From Octopus sinensis (Eukaryota), in NCBI RefSeq assembly GCF_006345805.1, contig NW_021833925.1, positions 1 through 64,000 on the forward strand: a stretch of DNA of 64,000 nt, read 5' to 3'. The position numbers and the translations under genes are program-made. Positions 15,415-29,391 of this stretch are shown piece by piece. Positions within the stretch are counted from its first letter, which is position 1; every line of letters begins with the position of its first letter. The notes under the pieces are model-generated. The model searched no databases. It was not told the DNA's origin and saw nothing but the letters and a program-made list of their open reading frames with translations.

Positions 15415-15603
15415 TCGCCATGATAGATCGCTAGCCACTACACATTCTTTATTTTCTCTCCTTGTTTCTTTCTGTGTTCCTTTCTGTGGAAGAGCGTAGG
15501 CTCGAAACGTTAAAGACTTTTTCACTTCCCGAGCGTTATACTAATACATCTGTTTGTTGTCTACACTACCTGTCTTCGTCTTTGTTTGTTTTATGAATTC
15601 TTC

Positions 15604-15607
<4 letters not shown>
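15415..15607 (+). mobile_element. Dispersed repeat (family H1, subfamily b) with a minimal hammerhead-like motif, in (TA)n
   Basis: CTTT-CTGTGGA-A-GAGC-GTAG-GCTC-GAAA-CG-TT-AAAG at 15480-15515; (TA)n on both sides; homologous to 3787-3965. Confidence 0.72.
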
Positions 15608-15644
<37 letters not shown>

Positions 15645-16291
15645 TGGCATGTAAATGAGAATTGCGATTTAGAATGTTGTGGATTTTGGATCTGATATCC
15701 TACCGCTGACCAAGTTGTGCGAGTTTCTTCCACTATACCACCGAGATGATCAATGTTTTGCGAGTAGAATTTTGGCGATAAGCTATTCACAAGCCAGTTA
15801 TGTTGATGTGTGTGAGTGTGTGTGAGGATAGATGTAGACGTGTGTGGATGTGTGCATACGCATGTGTTAACGGTTTAGAAACCGGTGTAGTTTATTTTCC
15901 TGTCATTTGGTGTCCAGCAGCTCTGCGGATTCCCTGAGAAATGATTTTCGCCGTAGCTAGATACAGCTGTAGTTCAATGACTAAAGCAAGGAAAGAACAA
16001 ATGAATTGTGTGTGTCTCTCTCTCTTCATATTCCTTTCTCTTGGTGTGTGTGTGTGTTTCTGTGTCTGTGTCAGTACGCGCGTGTGTATACACTTATAAA
16101 TGTATATAACACACATGTTTGTGCGAAGAATATCCAAGTGTTTGAATGTCTGTGTGTACACGTTATATAAAATACATTTGATAGCCATCTGGAGGTATAA
16201 TCACACACACCTATTTACATATTTACACACATACACACACATACACATATATATATATGTTTATATATACCATATATATATGTTTATATAT

Positions 16292-16352
<61 letters not shown>

Positions 16353-16608
16353 TTGTGTATGTCGTTCATTGGAATTTAGTGTTACACCATATGTACAAGA
16401 GAGACATGTGGTTTCGCTCTGGCAAAATATCGAGTGTTTTTTACGATGTGTTAGAACACACTACACATCTTTCTCATGATCTGTAAGCGTTAACCTTACA
16501 GCAACATCCATACAACATCAAACTACTTATATACACACCATGTACATGGTTCGGTTTGACGACTATACCATGCGCATTGACACTCATGCTTAAGCACAAC
16601 TACAACAC

Positions 16609-16671
<63 letters not shown>

Positions 16672-17609
16672 ATCTATCCCTATTGATCAAAAAATTTTTT
16701 TTTCCTTCCCCCCACCTTTAAAAAAAATTTTTTTTTTATTATATCCCGCCCCCTTATTTTGTCTCTCTTTCTTTCCATTTACGATCCCTTTTGATCGATA
16801 ACCAACCCCCTCTTTACCCCCAAAAGAAAAGCTCTACCTTGTAATTTGTACCGTGGTGTGCAGCCCTGTGTGGCTAATAAAGAAAGAAACATATTATCTA
16901 TCTATCTAATCTATCTATACTATCTATCTATCTATCTATCTATCTATCGATCTATCTATCTATCTATATATCTACCTATCTATCTATCACATCTATACTA
17001 TCTATCTATCTATATATCTATCTATCTATCATCTATCTATCTATCTATATCTATCTTTCTATCTATCTATCTATATATCTATCTATCTATCTATCATCTA
17101 TCTATCTATCTATTATCTCAATCTATCTATCTATCTATCAAACTATCAATCAATCTATCTATCTATCGTTATATGTTCATACAATGTGTGTGTGTGTGTG
17201 TATATTTTATATCTTATGTAATATAACTCCCAATCTCGCCATATCTGTCCCTTTCTCGGTCCCGCTCTTCCTGCTCCTGGTTATTCGCATCTTTCTTTTT
17301 ATACGCATACCCGAACATTCACACTTTAGCTTATATTGTTGCCAAAGCCTTCTTTTGTTTCCAATGTTCTTGCTTTAATATCTCACTCTATCTCGTTCTT
17401 TTTCTTGTAGATATGTGGACACTTTTTACAAATACACATATACACAAATGCCTCTCATTTGAACGCACACATGTATGATGCTCTGAATATAACAGAAATA
17501 ACGCATGTGAATAAAACATGTATGTGTTTGTTAGTGTGTGTGTGTGTGTGTGCGTGTGTGTTTGGCTGTGTGTATACATTTGCATACATATATACATATA
17601 CATCTTCAT

Positions 17610-17673
<64 letters not shown>

Positions 17674-17788
17674 GGATGGATGTATATATGTATGTATGTA
17701 TTTATGTATGCATGGATGTATGTATGTATGTATGCGTGTGTGTTTGGCTGTGTGTATACATTTGCATACATATATAATATACATCTTC

Positions 17789-17828
<40 letters not shown>

Positions 17829-18612
17829 CATTATAGATATACATATATATATATACATATAATATCTATGTGCATACAAAACCAATCACAAGCACACACA
17901 TACAGACAGACGTTTGTGCTTATGTACATCAGCCCTTATACGAAACATATGGACGGATATACTTAAGTACACACATCCACATCCACTTGCATGGACATTT
18001 GTACACGTATACACAAGCTTGTACGCACTCAAGCATACATAAACAACGAAAGACACACACATACATATGTAAATGCAACGCATGTCTTTATATGGATATA
18101 TATATATATGTATGTATGTGTGATACAGTGTTTGTAATATTCTGAGTATGTGTGCGTGCGTGCGTGTGTCTGTGTGTGTGTATTTGTGTGTGTGTGTGTG
18201 TGTGTGTGTAAGTATGCATGACCAAGTCTGTGGAATTACACAATGATTGGGTTCTGTGAAAGTAATTTGCTTGTGCAGTCGTCCGCTGTTTATCGTCCCT
18301 TTCTTTATCGATTTTCTGGGCAACACCCACCTACGCAATCACCTACTCCCCTTCCTGCTAATCTACATACATATATACATACATGCATGCATACATGTAT
18401 GCATACATACATCCATCCATCCATACATACGTACATACATACATACACTTATAAAGTTCAGCTAATTTATAGTTTATGTTGACCGAGACAATACTAATAC
18501 AAATGCTGCTGTTGTTACTCTGCTCGATGATGATGATGATGATGATGGTGATGATTCTTATGATGATGCTAAACTCCATCTAAACTCCATTATCATCATC
18601 GTCTACATCATT

Positions 18613-18652
<40 letters not shown>

Positions 18653-18740
18653 CCTCCACCGTTACCATTTTCATCACTGCCATCATTGCAATTATCATTT
18701 ATAGGAATCGTCTTCATTGAATGAAAAATGTTGATGCACG

Positions 18741-18829
<89 letters not shown>

Positions 18830-19389
18830 CGGACATATTTGTGCGGGTATTGTTGCATATGTGTGTATTAAGTGGTCAATAACTTCACTTCGAAAAAACC
18901 CCTGCGCGGAACCTTGGCAAGGTATCTTCTACTCTAAGTGTCCTCTAACGTGTTGACCAATAACATGGGAAAGAATTTGCAAGAACGATGTAGATCATCC
19001 GCTATTTCCTTTATCATACGTAATACTTTGGGTCGTAAAACCCATTAAAATTCATCATCATCATCATTATCATCAGTAGTAGTAGTAACAGTAGTCGTAT
19101 TCATCGTTTGAGAAATACGTAACGATTTTGCTCCTTCTCAAACAGGAATTAAATCCATCTTGGAAAACACATACCGACGTGTTCAAGGTTAAAAAATCAT
19201 TTTACAAATGTCCTAAACATGTTTACAGATTGCTCTGTCGCTGCTTTCCTGTCACGTGCTAATATATCTTGTTTGTCAGTGTCCTCACAACTGTTTCTAT
19301 CACTCCAGTCACAGATCGGATGGATTATAAACACATTCACTAACTGATATGAAATATTTTTAGTTCAAAATATTCAAAAGGTTCCTGAA

Positions 19390-19750
19390 AAGGGGTTGTT
19401 TAAAGATGTTGAACGAAACACCAATGTTTCCAAGAGGTGAATTATTCAGACCTCAAAGAATCCCTCACAACACATGGCTATGATGCCCCCCCCCCACTAC
19501 TTCTGCTCGTGATCAAAGATGCACATATCGTCAGCCACTAAGGGACATGCTCAACTGGTTATGGTCAAACAACTAATAAGCAAATCTGTGGTACTGAGCA
19601 GAATATTTGCTGTATCCCATCTTTTATACCAAGACAAAACAATGTACATGATAAGACTTCCAATCAGTTAAGATCAGAAGCCATGAGAGTCACTGTCTTG
19701 TACTGCATCAGGGCATATTATTATCATTATTATTATTATTATTATCATCA

Positions 19751-19794
<44 letters not shown>

Positions 19795-19796
19795 TA

Positions 19797-19857
<61 letters not shown>

Positions 19858-19998
19858 TATTATTATTATTGAGTGAGCGAGCAGAGCATACCATCAAAGT
19901 GACACTGGGGTAAAATATATGAAGCCCAGTATACCCTCATGACTACCGTCTGATAAGGGCACCCAGGCACATGCATCACAACCATATGTGCGCGACAT
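19390..19998. mobile_element. (TAA)n-associated dispersed repeat family E: end of one copy, a TAA array, then the start of another copy
   Basis: 19390-19650 matches ~32103-32350. 19870-19998 matches 31877-31998 and 24685-24793. Confidence 0.75.
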
Positions 19999-20504
19999 AT
20001 TTATTTTTATTATTATTATAATTAGTATTATTATATCATTATTTTATTATTGATTATTACTTATTATTATTATTATTATTATTATTATTTATTATTATTA
20101 TTATATATTATTAATATTAATTTTATTATTATTATTATTACTACTACTACTACTACTACTACTATTACTATTATTATTATTATTATATTATTATTATTAT
20201 AAAACTTAGTAAAATAGAATTAAGTCCATGCATGTGTTTCTTTCAGTTCTTTCGTAAAATATGTTTAGTCTCATCTTCACTTTGTTCAACGGCGCTGCTT
20301 TAGAAGCACTAATCTATTGTTGTTGTTACTGTTGTTGTTGATGATGTTCTTCATTCCTTCTCTTCTCCTCCCCTACTTGCTCTATCCATCTTTCTCAAGT
20401 TTCTCTCTATATTACTTCACCTGGGTCTTGTTTCTTTGACTCTTTCACCTCATGCGTGTCTGTGTATGTATGTAAAAATGTATGTATGTCTACATGCCTT
20501 ATAT

Positions 20505-20812
20505 CACGTGATCACGTGACTGACCAGACCATCTACGCATGTTGCTTCACATCGCTGGTCACAATGCGTTCGCATTGTTTTAGCCTTTAAATGACGCCAC
20601 CCCGCTAGTTAAGCGAGCAGGCCAACAGACGAAAGAGTGAGAGAAAGAGTGGTGAAAGAGTACAGCAGAGATCAACCCCCCCTGCCGGAGCGTCGTGGAG
20701 CTTTTAGGTGTTTTCGCTCAATAAACACACACAACGCCCGGTCTGGGAATCGAAACCGCGATCCTACGACCGCGAGTCCGCTGCCCTAACCACTGGGCCA
20801 TTGCGCCTCCAC
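20505..20812 (-). mobile_element. Full-length tRNA-derived SINE (family C) with a 13-bp target-site duplication
   Basis: Minus strand begins GTGGAGGCGCAATGGCCCAGTGGTTAGGGCAG (A-box), has GGTTTCGATTCCC (B-box) and ends in a CACGTGAT repeat. TSD ACATGCCTTATAT at 20492-20504 and 20813-20825. Confidence 0.9.
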
Positions 20813-21209
20813 ACATGCCTTATATAGTTACAAATAATATATACATACATGCCTATGTGTGTGAATGTGTGTGTCCTTCCCTTTCATCTATTAATGCAGG
20901 ACACATTCGTCTATAAAAAGACGTTAACTAAATCTTATACGTCCAACAAACCGTGTATACGTGTCAGATTATTTGATAATAAGATTTTTCACGGAACGAA
21001 CAGGGACATTTCTGATGTTCAGTTATTTTGTGCCATTCCATGGAAAAAGTTGTTCAGCATAACCCATCTCCGTCACACGCACCTTTTCCCTCTGTCCCCG
21101 CTTCTCTCTTTTCCTCTATATGTTTGTATACACACACACACACACGCACATTCACACACACACACATACACACACACACACATACATAAGAACAGTGATT
21201 AGACAGACA

Positions 21210-21590
21210 TTCTTTTCTTTCTTTTATTATTTTACTTGTTTCAGTCATTTGACTGCGGTCATGCTGGAGCACCGCCTTTAGTCGAATCAAATCGAGCCCA
21301 GGACTTTTGCTGAACCGCTAAGGTTACGGGAACCTAAACACACCAGCATCGGTTGTCAAGCGATGTTGGTGGGGCGGGGACAAACACAGATACACAACAT
21401 ATATATATACATATATATTTATACTTATATACGACGGGCTTCTTTCAGCTTCCGTCTACCAAATCCATTCAAAAGGATTTGGTCGGCCCGAGGCTATAGT
21501 AGAAGACATTTGCCCAAGGGACCACACAGTGGGACTGAACCCGGAACCATGTGGTTGGTAAGCAAGCTACTTACCACACAGTCACTCCTG
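21210..21590 (-). mobile_element. SINE family B copy
   Basis: Reverse-complement homology to 5433-5897 and 42790-43160, including the head GTGTGGTAAGTAGCTTGCTTACCAACCACATGGTTCCGGGTTCAGTCCC. Confidence 0.85.
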
Positions 21591-22505
21591 CACCAACATA
21601 CATACATGCACATAAGAATAGTTAGGTACACACACAAACGTGCAAAATACACACACATATATATATATATATTTAGAAATATACATTCATATATCCTTAA
21701 CTGAGTATATTTTTACATACATTTGTAAACGTTTATACCGCACTATCAGTCTGTCTATCTGTCTACCTATCTCTCCGTTTGTCTGCCAATCTAGTTGATA
21801 ATCAATATCAAATTACCAAGGAGACCGCTATTTCATAAGTTAGTCAATTTATTTTAAAAAGTAAGTGTATTTATTTAATTTCATATTGATTTTACACTAA
21901 ATTCAATGTTTCGTGTTTGCCTAACATACCTTCAGGGTCAGCCACTTTGACCCTTGGAAATATCTTAGTAAACAGCAAATATGCATCGCTGTTTGCGTGC
22001 GTGTGTATTATAACAACCATTATATACATATATTTACTCACATCACACACGCATATATATATGTGTGTGTGTGTGTGTGCGTGTGCGTGTGTGTGTGTGT
22101 GTACACATGAGTATTTACATCTTGATCAATTCTCACTATACATCTTGCCATCTCTCTGAATATTTCCTCTTCACATTTTATCTCATTTCGAAACAACGCT
22201 CCCCCTCATATATAACTTCTACTTGCTTTTTGTCTCTCCCCTACTTTTCTCTCTCTCTGTCACTGACTCTCTCTCTCTCTCTCTCTCAAACTCTCCCCCT
22301 GCCTCTCAATCAACAACTCTCTCATCTTCTCTTCCCTTTCTTGCTGCATGCTTATTAATCTTCTACTTTCACTTTCTATCATTTCCCCACTTCTCACATA
22401 TTTTTTTCTCTCACTCACATTCTCTCTGTGTGCTTTCTCTCTGTCTTTCTCTCTCCAAATATCTCAATATCTCTCACTTTCTCAATCATTTTCCCTACTC
22501 CATTC

Positions 22506-22545
<40 letters not shown>

Positions 22546-22843
22546 GGACATCCTTACTTTCTTAGATGGTATCAATTACTCATTAGTTCAGTCTCAGATT
22601 TAAGTATTTTGCTCTCTGTAGCTTGAGATTCGCATTAAATCTGACTTTGTTTCTGGAATTTTCTCTGATCTTCTCTTGATTGAGTTATGGCCTTTTGAAA
22701 CTCTTCTTGAAACACACTAATTTAACTTCGTTTTTCACGTTCTGTTATGGATTTCTTTGCTCGTGTATGCGTGTGCGTTTACTAATATGTGAATATATGT
22801 AGTATAAAACTGAGTCATCTGCGTATATTTGCTGTTGTTGTGA

Positions 22844-22903
<60 letters not shown>

Positions 22904-22917
22904 CATTATTATTATTA

Positions 22918-22960
<43 letters not shown>

Positions 22961-22991
22961 CATCATTATTATATTATTATTATTATTATTA

Positions 22992-23218
22992 CTTTTTTCT
23001 TCTTCAAATTTGCTTCCATTTCTTGCCGAGTGTCTTCCCGACTCCTAGGGCAAGAAACTCATAGTATACATTGGTAGGGCATTAAACCAAACTCAATAGT
23101 TCGTTCATTTTTAAAATAAAAATTTTTTTTAAAGTAATATTAAAATACATGGGCAGCACAACAGTTTCTCACATCGACAATGCTCTCTCAATACGTGTGA
23201 TGTACCAGTTAGACAATC

Positions 23219-23220
<2 letters not shown>
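22992..23220 (-). mobile_element. Probable 3' UTR remnant of an R4/Dong-type retrotransposon in (TAA)n
   Basis: Non-microsatellite sequence bracketed by (TAA)n on both sides, next to two coding R4/Dong fragments. On the minus strand it ends in an A-rich tail running into the TAA array. No coding evidence. Confidence 0.4.
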
Positions 23221-23316
<96 letters not shown>

Positions 23317-23910
23317 TAGTAGTTTTGTTTTTATATCGTGCTTTCACTTCACTACCGAGCGCAGCTCTGTGAACCTTGGGTACGTGCTGTGATTTGTTGT
23401 GATGCTCTTATTGGTTACTGTATTGAAAGTGTTTTGCGTAGAATGTGTGCAGTGCCTAGTAGTGCAATTTTCTGTATGTTATATATATTTGTAAGTCCTG
23501 GTGTTGTTGTTATGTAGTTGTCTGAATATTTTTTATCATACCTAATGCACCTACTATGATAGGAATTGTTTCTCCTTTTAGATTCTTTATTCAAGCTACC
23601 TCTATTTCCAGGTCTTTGTATTTTGAAAGTTTCTCCATTTCTTTTAGAGAAACTTTGTCATCTGCTGGTATTGATACATCAATTAGAAAGCATTTTATTT
23701 CTTCATGATCTCTGACAACTATATCTGGCCTATTGGCCTTAATTTCTCTGTCTGTGTGTATTGGCATATCCCAAAGTATGTTGCCGTTCTCGTTTTCTGT
23801 GACCTTTTCTGGCGTGTGCCTATGCCATCTTTTTTCTGTTGTTATTCCATAGTGTTGGCATAGCTTCCAGTGTATGTAGGTCCCAACTCTGTCGTGTCTG
23901 TGTCTTGTCG
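23317..23910 (-). mobile_element. 5'-truncated, decayed R4/Dong-clade non-LTR retrotransposon (restriction-like endonuclease domain plus 3' UTR)
   Basis: Minus-strand translation RHDRVGTYIHWKLC...ILWDMPIHTDREIKANRPDIVV...FLIDVSIP...EKLSKYKDL, then past a stop and frameshift IPIIVGALG and IQKIALLGTAHILRK. These are the RH(D/N), RPD..D and K..KY motifs of RLE-type elements. (TAA)n lies on both sides, the known Dong target. Confidence 0.9.
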
Positions 23911-23912
23911 TA

Positions 23913-23996
<84 letters not shown>

Positions 23997-24016
23997 ATAT
24001 TAGTATTATTATTATT

Positions 24017-24210
24017 AAGGCGGTCAGGTGGCAGAACCGTTAGCGCACCGCGCATTTTGTCTCGCTTTACGTTTTGAGTTCATATGCCAAGGGATCACCT
24101 TTGCCTTTCTTCATTTATATGTCGATAAAATAAGTACCAGTTGAGCACTGAGGTCGATGTACTCAAGTAGCCCCTTGTCCCCAAATTTCAGGTTTTGTGC
24201 CTAAAGGATT
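24017..24210 (+). mobile_element. Degenerate SINE family A copy
   Basis: AAGGCGGTCAGGTGGCAGAACCGTTAGC...GAGTTCA...GTCGATAAAATAAGTACCAG. Confidence 0.7.
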
Positions 24211-24216
24211 TTATGA

Positions 24217-24264
<48 letters not shown>

Positions 24265-24266
<2 letters not shown>

Positions 24267-24556
24267 GAAAAGTCACAGCTTATTTTGCTGGTTATGATGG
24301 AAAATGTCAGCTGTCAAAATCTAGCAGCGTAAAGTGACACTTGTTTACTGGTCATGCTTCATGAACCCTGCGAAGAATTCTTGCAGTTCCAAGCAATGCT
24401 GATTTTTGCAGGTGTTCTACCTTCATACTTGGACCGATCTTTTTTTCAGCCATTTTGGTAGCTGAGTACTGATGTTTCCAAGTGCACCAATTACTATTGG
24501 TATTACGTCTACTACTCTCCTCATTGAGAAGAACCTCCGCATATCCCACTTCAAAA
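24265..24556 (-). mobile_element. Second, divergent R4/Dong-type 3' fragment in (TAA)n
   Basis: Minus-strand frames give KWDMRR..VDVIPIVIGALG and EHLQKSALLGTARILRRV, the same C-terminal motifs as 23317-23910 with different nucleotide sequence. TAA arrays lie on both sides. Confidence 0.82.
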
Positions 24557-24565
24557 TTATTATTA

Positions 24566-24623
<58 letters not shown>

Positions 24624-24684
24624 CATTATAATAATTATTATTATTATTATTATTGTTATTATTATTATTATTATTATTGATTGA

Positions 24685-24793
24685 TTGAGAGAGCATTACA
24701 TGCCATCAAAGTGGCACTGGGGTAAAATATACGAAGCCCAGTATACCCATCATGACTACCTATCTGATAAGGGTACACTAGGCCCATGCATCA
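24685..24793. mobile_element. Family E fragment in (TAA)n
   Basis: TGAGAGAGCA..ATGCCATCAAAGTGGCACTGGGGTAAAATATACGAAGCCCAGTATACCC matches the segments at 19870 and 31877. Confidence 0.75.
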
Positions 24794-24820
24794 ATGATTA
24801 TTATTATTATTATTATTATT

Positions 24821-24905
<85 letters not shown>

Positions 24906-26021
24906 GCAAACCCCCCCACCAAAGAAAAAGAATAGTGCCATTGTCATCAAGTGAATGATATTTCGACATATTATTATTATGGCGTCGAGGTGGCACAACC
25001 GTTAGCATATGGCACTCTTCTCTAGAAAAAGGCATCGTAACTTTTACAAGTTCAGATAGACTTGGCGTCGGTCGCACACCTATGACGTCATGCACATATT
25101 ACTTATGAATATGTGTTATTACGTAACTTGGGGCCATCTTGAATCAGCCGTCTTTATTTCGTAATGTGTATTTTGTGCTCTATGTATCTATTTGTAATAT
25201 GTTTGTTTTGTAATGGTGAAAGTGTTAAAATTCTATACGTAGAGAGAGAGAGAGAGAGAGGAGGTAATTTACATAAATCTAAAGACTTTCTACATAGAAA
25301 GAGAGAGCGAGAGAGAATGAGAGAAAGAGAGGAGAGAGAAATTTCCTTATGATAATGCATAAAATGAAGAACATATCAAATTCATATTCCAATATTAGTA
25401 CATGACATCGGTTGACAAACTTTCAAAGTATCTAAGATACTCTGTTAATTTTTAATAAACCTGTTGACTCCAGTATTTCAGTTGGTTGTTTGCTATATAC
25501 ACTACTTAATTTAAATAGAGACTCCCCCAACAACTAAGAAGTCTGTTTCCTGGCTTGTTTACATCATATCTCTTTAATTGTTGTGGATCATATTTGGTGG
25601 GTAATGAATCATATATACTTGATTTTGCCTTGCTGCGTGGTAAATTCTTCTTGGATTTAACATTTGCAGTATGTTTATGAAACAGTTATAACAGTAAGCA
25701 ACGGATATCGCATAGTGTGAATGTATAAAACCATGCTTTAGCAGTTGTGTGTGCGCATGCATTTTTGTGTATTTGGTTGTGTATTTGTGTGTGTATGTGT
25801 ACGAATTTAAACCGAGTTTTATATATGTCGTATCATAATACACACACACACACACATATACATGTATATATACACACACTCACGCATATACACCCACGCA
25901 CGCACGCACACAGTACGTTTATAATAATTCGCCCTGAATTATATATGAACACATGCATACGCACCTGGCTTACTCTGTTTAATAACGGAAACAGCAATAT
26001 AGACCTGGTATGTATGCTTCC

Positions 26022-26063
<42 letters not shown>

Positions 26064-26141
26064 GCGCGTGCGTGTGCGTGTGTGTGTGTATGGGTATATG
26101 TATGTATATATGTATGTATATGTATATATATTATTATATAT

Positions 26142-26237
<96 letters not shown>

Positions 26238-26246
26238 TTATATAAT

Positions 26247-26280
<34 letters not shown>

Positions 26281-26791
26281 ATATATATATATATATGTGT
26301 ATATATATATATTATAATATATATATATATATATAATATATATATATATATATCTATATATATAATATATATATATATGACTGTATATATGTCCGGTAAA
26401 CCGGACATACACGTGTGTATGTATGCTGCATGTATTTGTGCATGTGTTTATTTGTGTACGTGTGTGTCATGTACAGAAATCGTGTCTTGAGTGTGCCCCT
26501 TGATTGTGGCTGTATAATGAAAATATGAGTATTCAGTCGGTATACAAACCCATTCTTATTTCTATAATTCATTTATTGATATCTTCAGAGATGCGTCGCC
26601 ACCAGTTTCCATTGACTTTTAATTTTATTCAGTTCTTCAAATGTCTTTGAATACAAATACATTTTCGTTTCCAATATTTTAGTCTGTATAAATATTCTAT
26701 TTTAACTACTTCCTGTCAATCTAACCACCGTAATTTCTACAGTCAATATTCCTCCCTACATCCAAACGCCAGATACTATATACATTATAAA

Positions 26792-27183
26792 AAGGCGGCG
26801 AGCTGGCAGAATCGTTAGCACGCCGGGCGAAATGCTTAGCGGTATTTCGTCTGCCGCAACGTTTTAAGTTCCAATTCCGCCGAGTTCGACTTTGCCCTTC
26901 ATCCTTTCGGGGTCGATTAAATAAGTACCAGTTTCGCACTGGGGTCGATATAATCGACTTAATCCGTATGTCTGTCCTTGCTTGTCCCCTCTGTGTTTAG
27001 CCCCTTGTGAGTAGTAAAGAAATAGGTATTTCATCTGCCGCTACGTTCTGAGTTCAAATTTCGTCGAGGTCGACTTCGCTTTCATCTTTTAGGGGTCCAT
27101 AAATTAAGGGCCAGTTGCGACCTGAAATCGACTGGTCCCCTCCCCCCAAATTTCGAGCCTTGTGCCTTGAGTAGAAAAGAATA
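26792..27183 (+). mobile_element. SINE family A with a partial tandem second unit
   Basis: Same head, body and tail as 1071-1601; a second unit starts at ~27026 (GGTATTTCATCTGCCGCTACGTTCTGAGTTCAAAT). Confidence 0.85.
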
Positions 27184-27838
27184 TTTACAGATTCAACCAT
27201 TGTTTCCTTTACCCTTCCAAACCAGAATTCAATAGTTAAGCAAACCATTTCATTTTACTCATTATGAAAGTAATTATAATTAATAAACATAGCTTGGTTC
27301 ACTACATTAAGATTGTAAGCATCAAATTTACTGCTAATTCTCAAGCAGGCGACATACCTAGGTATCGTCTGCCCCAGGCATTCATCTTCAGTTTCATTCA
27401 TATGAGTTTCACTACATTTCATACTTCATTTCGCCGCATACACATCGTTATCATATGCAGTACATTGCACACTTTTCCATGTAAGACATGTATATAATTC
27501 ACTATAAACCCATGTAAAGAAACCGCAAAGTGTCAAATGGTATATTCTGGTTTATAGTTTCTTGCCTCGCATCTTCAAGTGCCCGCCTTGTAGAATACAG
27601 TATCAACATGTGTATTGCAAGAACACGCAGACGCCCACAAACAAAAATACACGTGTGTGTGTGTATATTGCTGCATGTATCTTTGTGGTTCACTGGTAAT
27701 ATATGTGGTTATGTGTCAAGATCATATTAATTTCAGTTCTTAAAGAGCATAAACTATGGCACTAACGGTCGTGTTGGAGGCTTTTGGGAGGCTTATTTTC
27801 TCACACTTAGACACACACAAGTGATACGCTCAGATACT

Positions 27839-27886
<48 letters not shown>

Positions 27887-27998
27887 CCTCAAGAATAGAA
27901 CTATGGAATAGAAATAGAAATCTACCCTAATATATATATTAATATTATATATATATATATACATACGCATATGCATATATATATACATATATATATAT

Positions 27999-28030
<32 letters not shown>

Positions 28031-28847
28031 ATATATATCTATATATATATGATCATGAACATATACATATATATGTATGCATGTATATAAAAATATTTAT
28101 ATGCCTTGTGCGTGTGTGTGTGTGTGTGTGTGTACCGAAAGAAGAAACTGCAATTTGTTTCAGGTAGTAGTTTCAATCCAGACTGCATAAGGGTGAGTAA
28201 GGAAAAACTTGCTGTTAATTACATATCATTATTTTCTCTTCTACTGTTTCCTAATTTGAGATGAATGTGCAGTTAAGATTGATCATTTCAAGAATTTAAA
28301 AACAAGATTCATTTTTTTAATTTATTATTTATTCCATTTTATTTGCTGTTCAGTATAAAAGTTTCATACTGATTACGGTAAAAGTCTAACGAAAACCACT
28401 AATACGAATGCTAAAGAAAACAAGACCCCAAATAACAAGAAATACTATACAAAAAAGGGAGACATCGAATAGAAATTTGTATTCTATATATCTTTCTTTC
28501 TCTGTCTCTGTCTATCTGTCTGTCTCTCTCTTTCTTCTCACGTCTCTTTCTTTCCATATACAGATACACATATAGATAGGTAAAAGAAATCAAAAATCGA
28601 ATACAACAATTTAAATACTTTTGAAAACCATGAACAAAAGGCCAATGGATGCTCACAGTTAATATTATTATGTGACGCTCAAAAATGGAAAGTGCACACA
28701 CACACACACACACACACAGATACACACGCACATACACTGCAGCATGTGCTCCAGCATGGCTGCAACTCTCACGCTGATACTTGTAAAAAAAGTACACACA
28801 CACAAATATATGTATATATATATATATTTCTTGTTATTATTTTGCAG

Positions 28848-29028
28848 GTTTGGTTTCAAAACCGACGCTCGAAAGAAAGGCGGATGAAACAGTTAAGCGC
28901 GCTCGGAGCGCGAAGGCACTTTTTTAGAAATCCACGACGCATGCGTGCTCTTAGACCAGGTTTAGGACATCCGGATATGGATGACGGCGGGGATATGATT
29001 GGTGGCGGTGGATTTGGCTATTTCTCAG
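28848..29028 (+). CDS. Lhx1: Internal coding exon of an Lhx1/Lhx5 (Lim1) LIM-homeobox gene: homeodomain helix 3 and adjacent conserved segment
   Basis: Acceptor ttcttgttattattttgcag|GTT at 28847/28848 and donor TCAG|gtgaga at 29028/29029; 181 nt, phase 0 to phase 1. It translates to [84 protein letters not shown] is the Lhx1/Lhx5 signature, and an intron before VWFQN is the usual position in this family. Invertebrates have a single Lhx1/5 ortholog, so the symbol is nominal. Confidence 0.96.
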
Positions 29029-29334
29029 GTGAGACGCCTAAACATATTTCTTTGCATTTTTCTTCCACATATATAAACTATGACAATTCGTCACCTTCTT
29101 CTTTCCCTTCATGTCTCTCGCTCTCTCGCTTCTTTCGTTATCTGCAGCCCACACCCGCTTTGTGTATATATATATGAATGTGTAATATTCTATATATGCA
29201 ATGATATATGGAATGAAAATTACACAAGGAAGTACGAATATAAATATTAAAACTTATTATCAGTTTGATATTGATATTTCTGAAATATTAAATTTCTAAA
29301 TATCTCATAGAGATATGTACGGTGGTGGGGCTAA

Positions 29335-29391
29335 ACACCACCGCTGTTTAGCCCTAGGAAGCATCTTCCTAGCGCTAAACAGCGGTGGTGT
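29335..29391. repeat. 27-bp inverted repeat with a 3-nt loop (1 mismatch)
   Basis: ACACCACCGCTGTTTAGCCCTAGGAAG-CAT-CTTCCTAGCGCTAAACAGCGGTGGTGT. Confidence 0.92.

Noticed and set aside
17552-17795. 182-bp-spaced duplication of GCGTGTGTGTTTGGCTGTGTGTATACATTTGCATAC
   Set aside because: A local slippage duplication inside low-complexity sequence with no further structure.
19495-19550. CTGACGA on the minus strand of family E as a hammerhead core
   Set aside because: No correctly placed helix II plus GAAA, and no helix I.
20740-20812. tRNA gene (also 35395-35466)
   Set aside because: A and B boxes are present, but there is no convincing acceptor stem. The sequence continues into a SINE body and is bounded by TSDs.
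1-28847. Upstream Lhx1/5 exons (LIM domains, homeodomain helices 1-2)
   Set aside because: No Cys/His LIM pattern or KRRGPRTTI-like coding sequence was found by eye or in the ORF track. They are presumed to lie outside the window, though a short exon could have been missed.
28692-29177. 161-aa ORF as a complete gene
   Set aside because: Only 28848-29028 is protein-like. The ends are intronic sequence beyond clear acceptor and donor sites.
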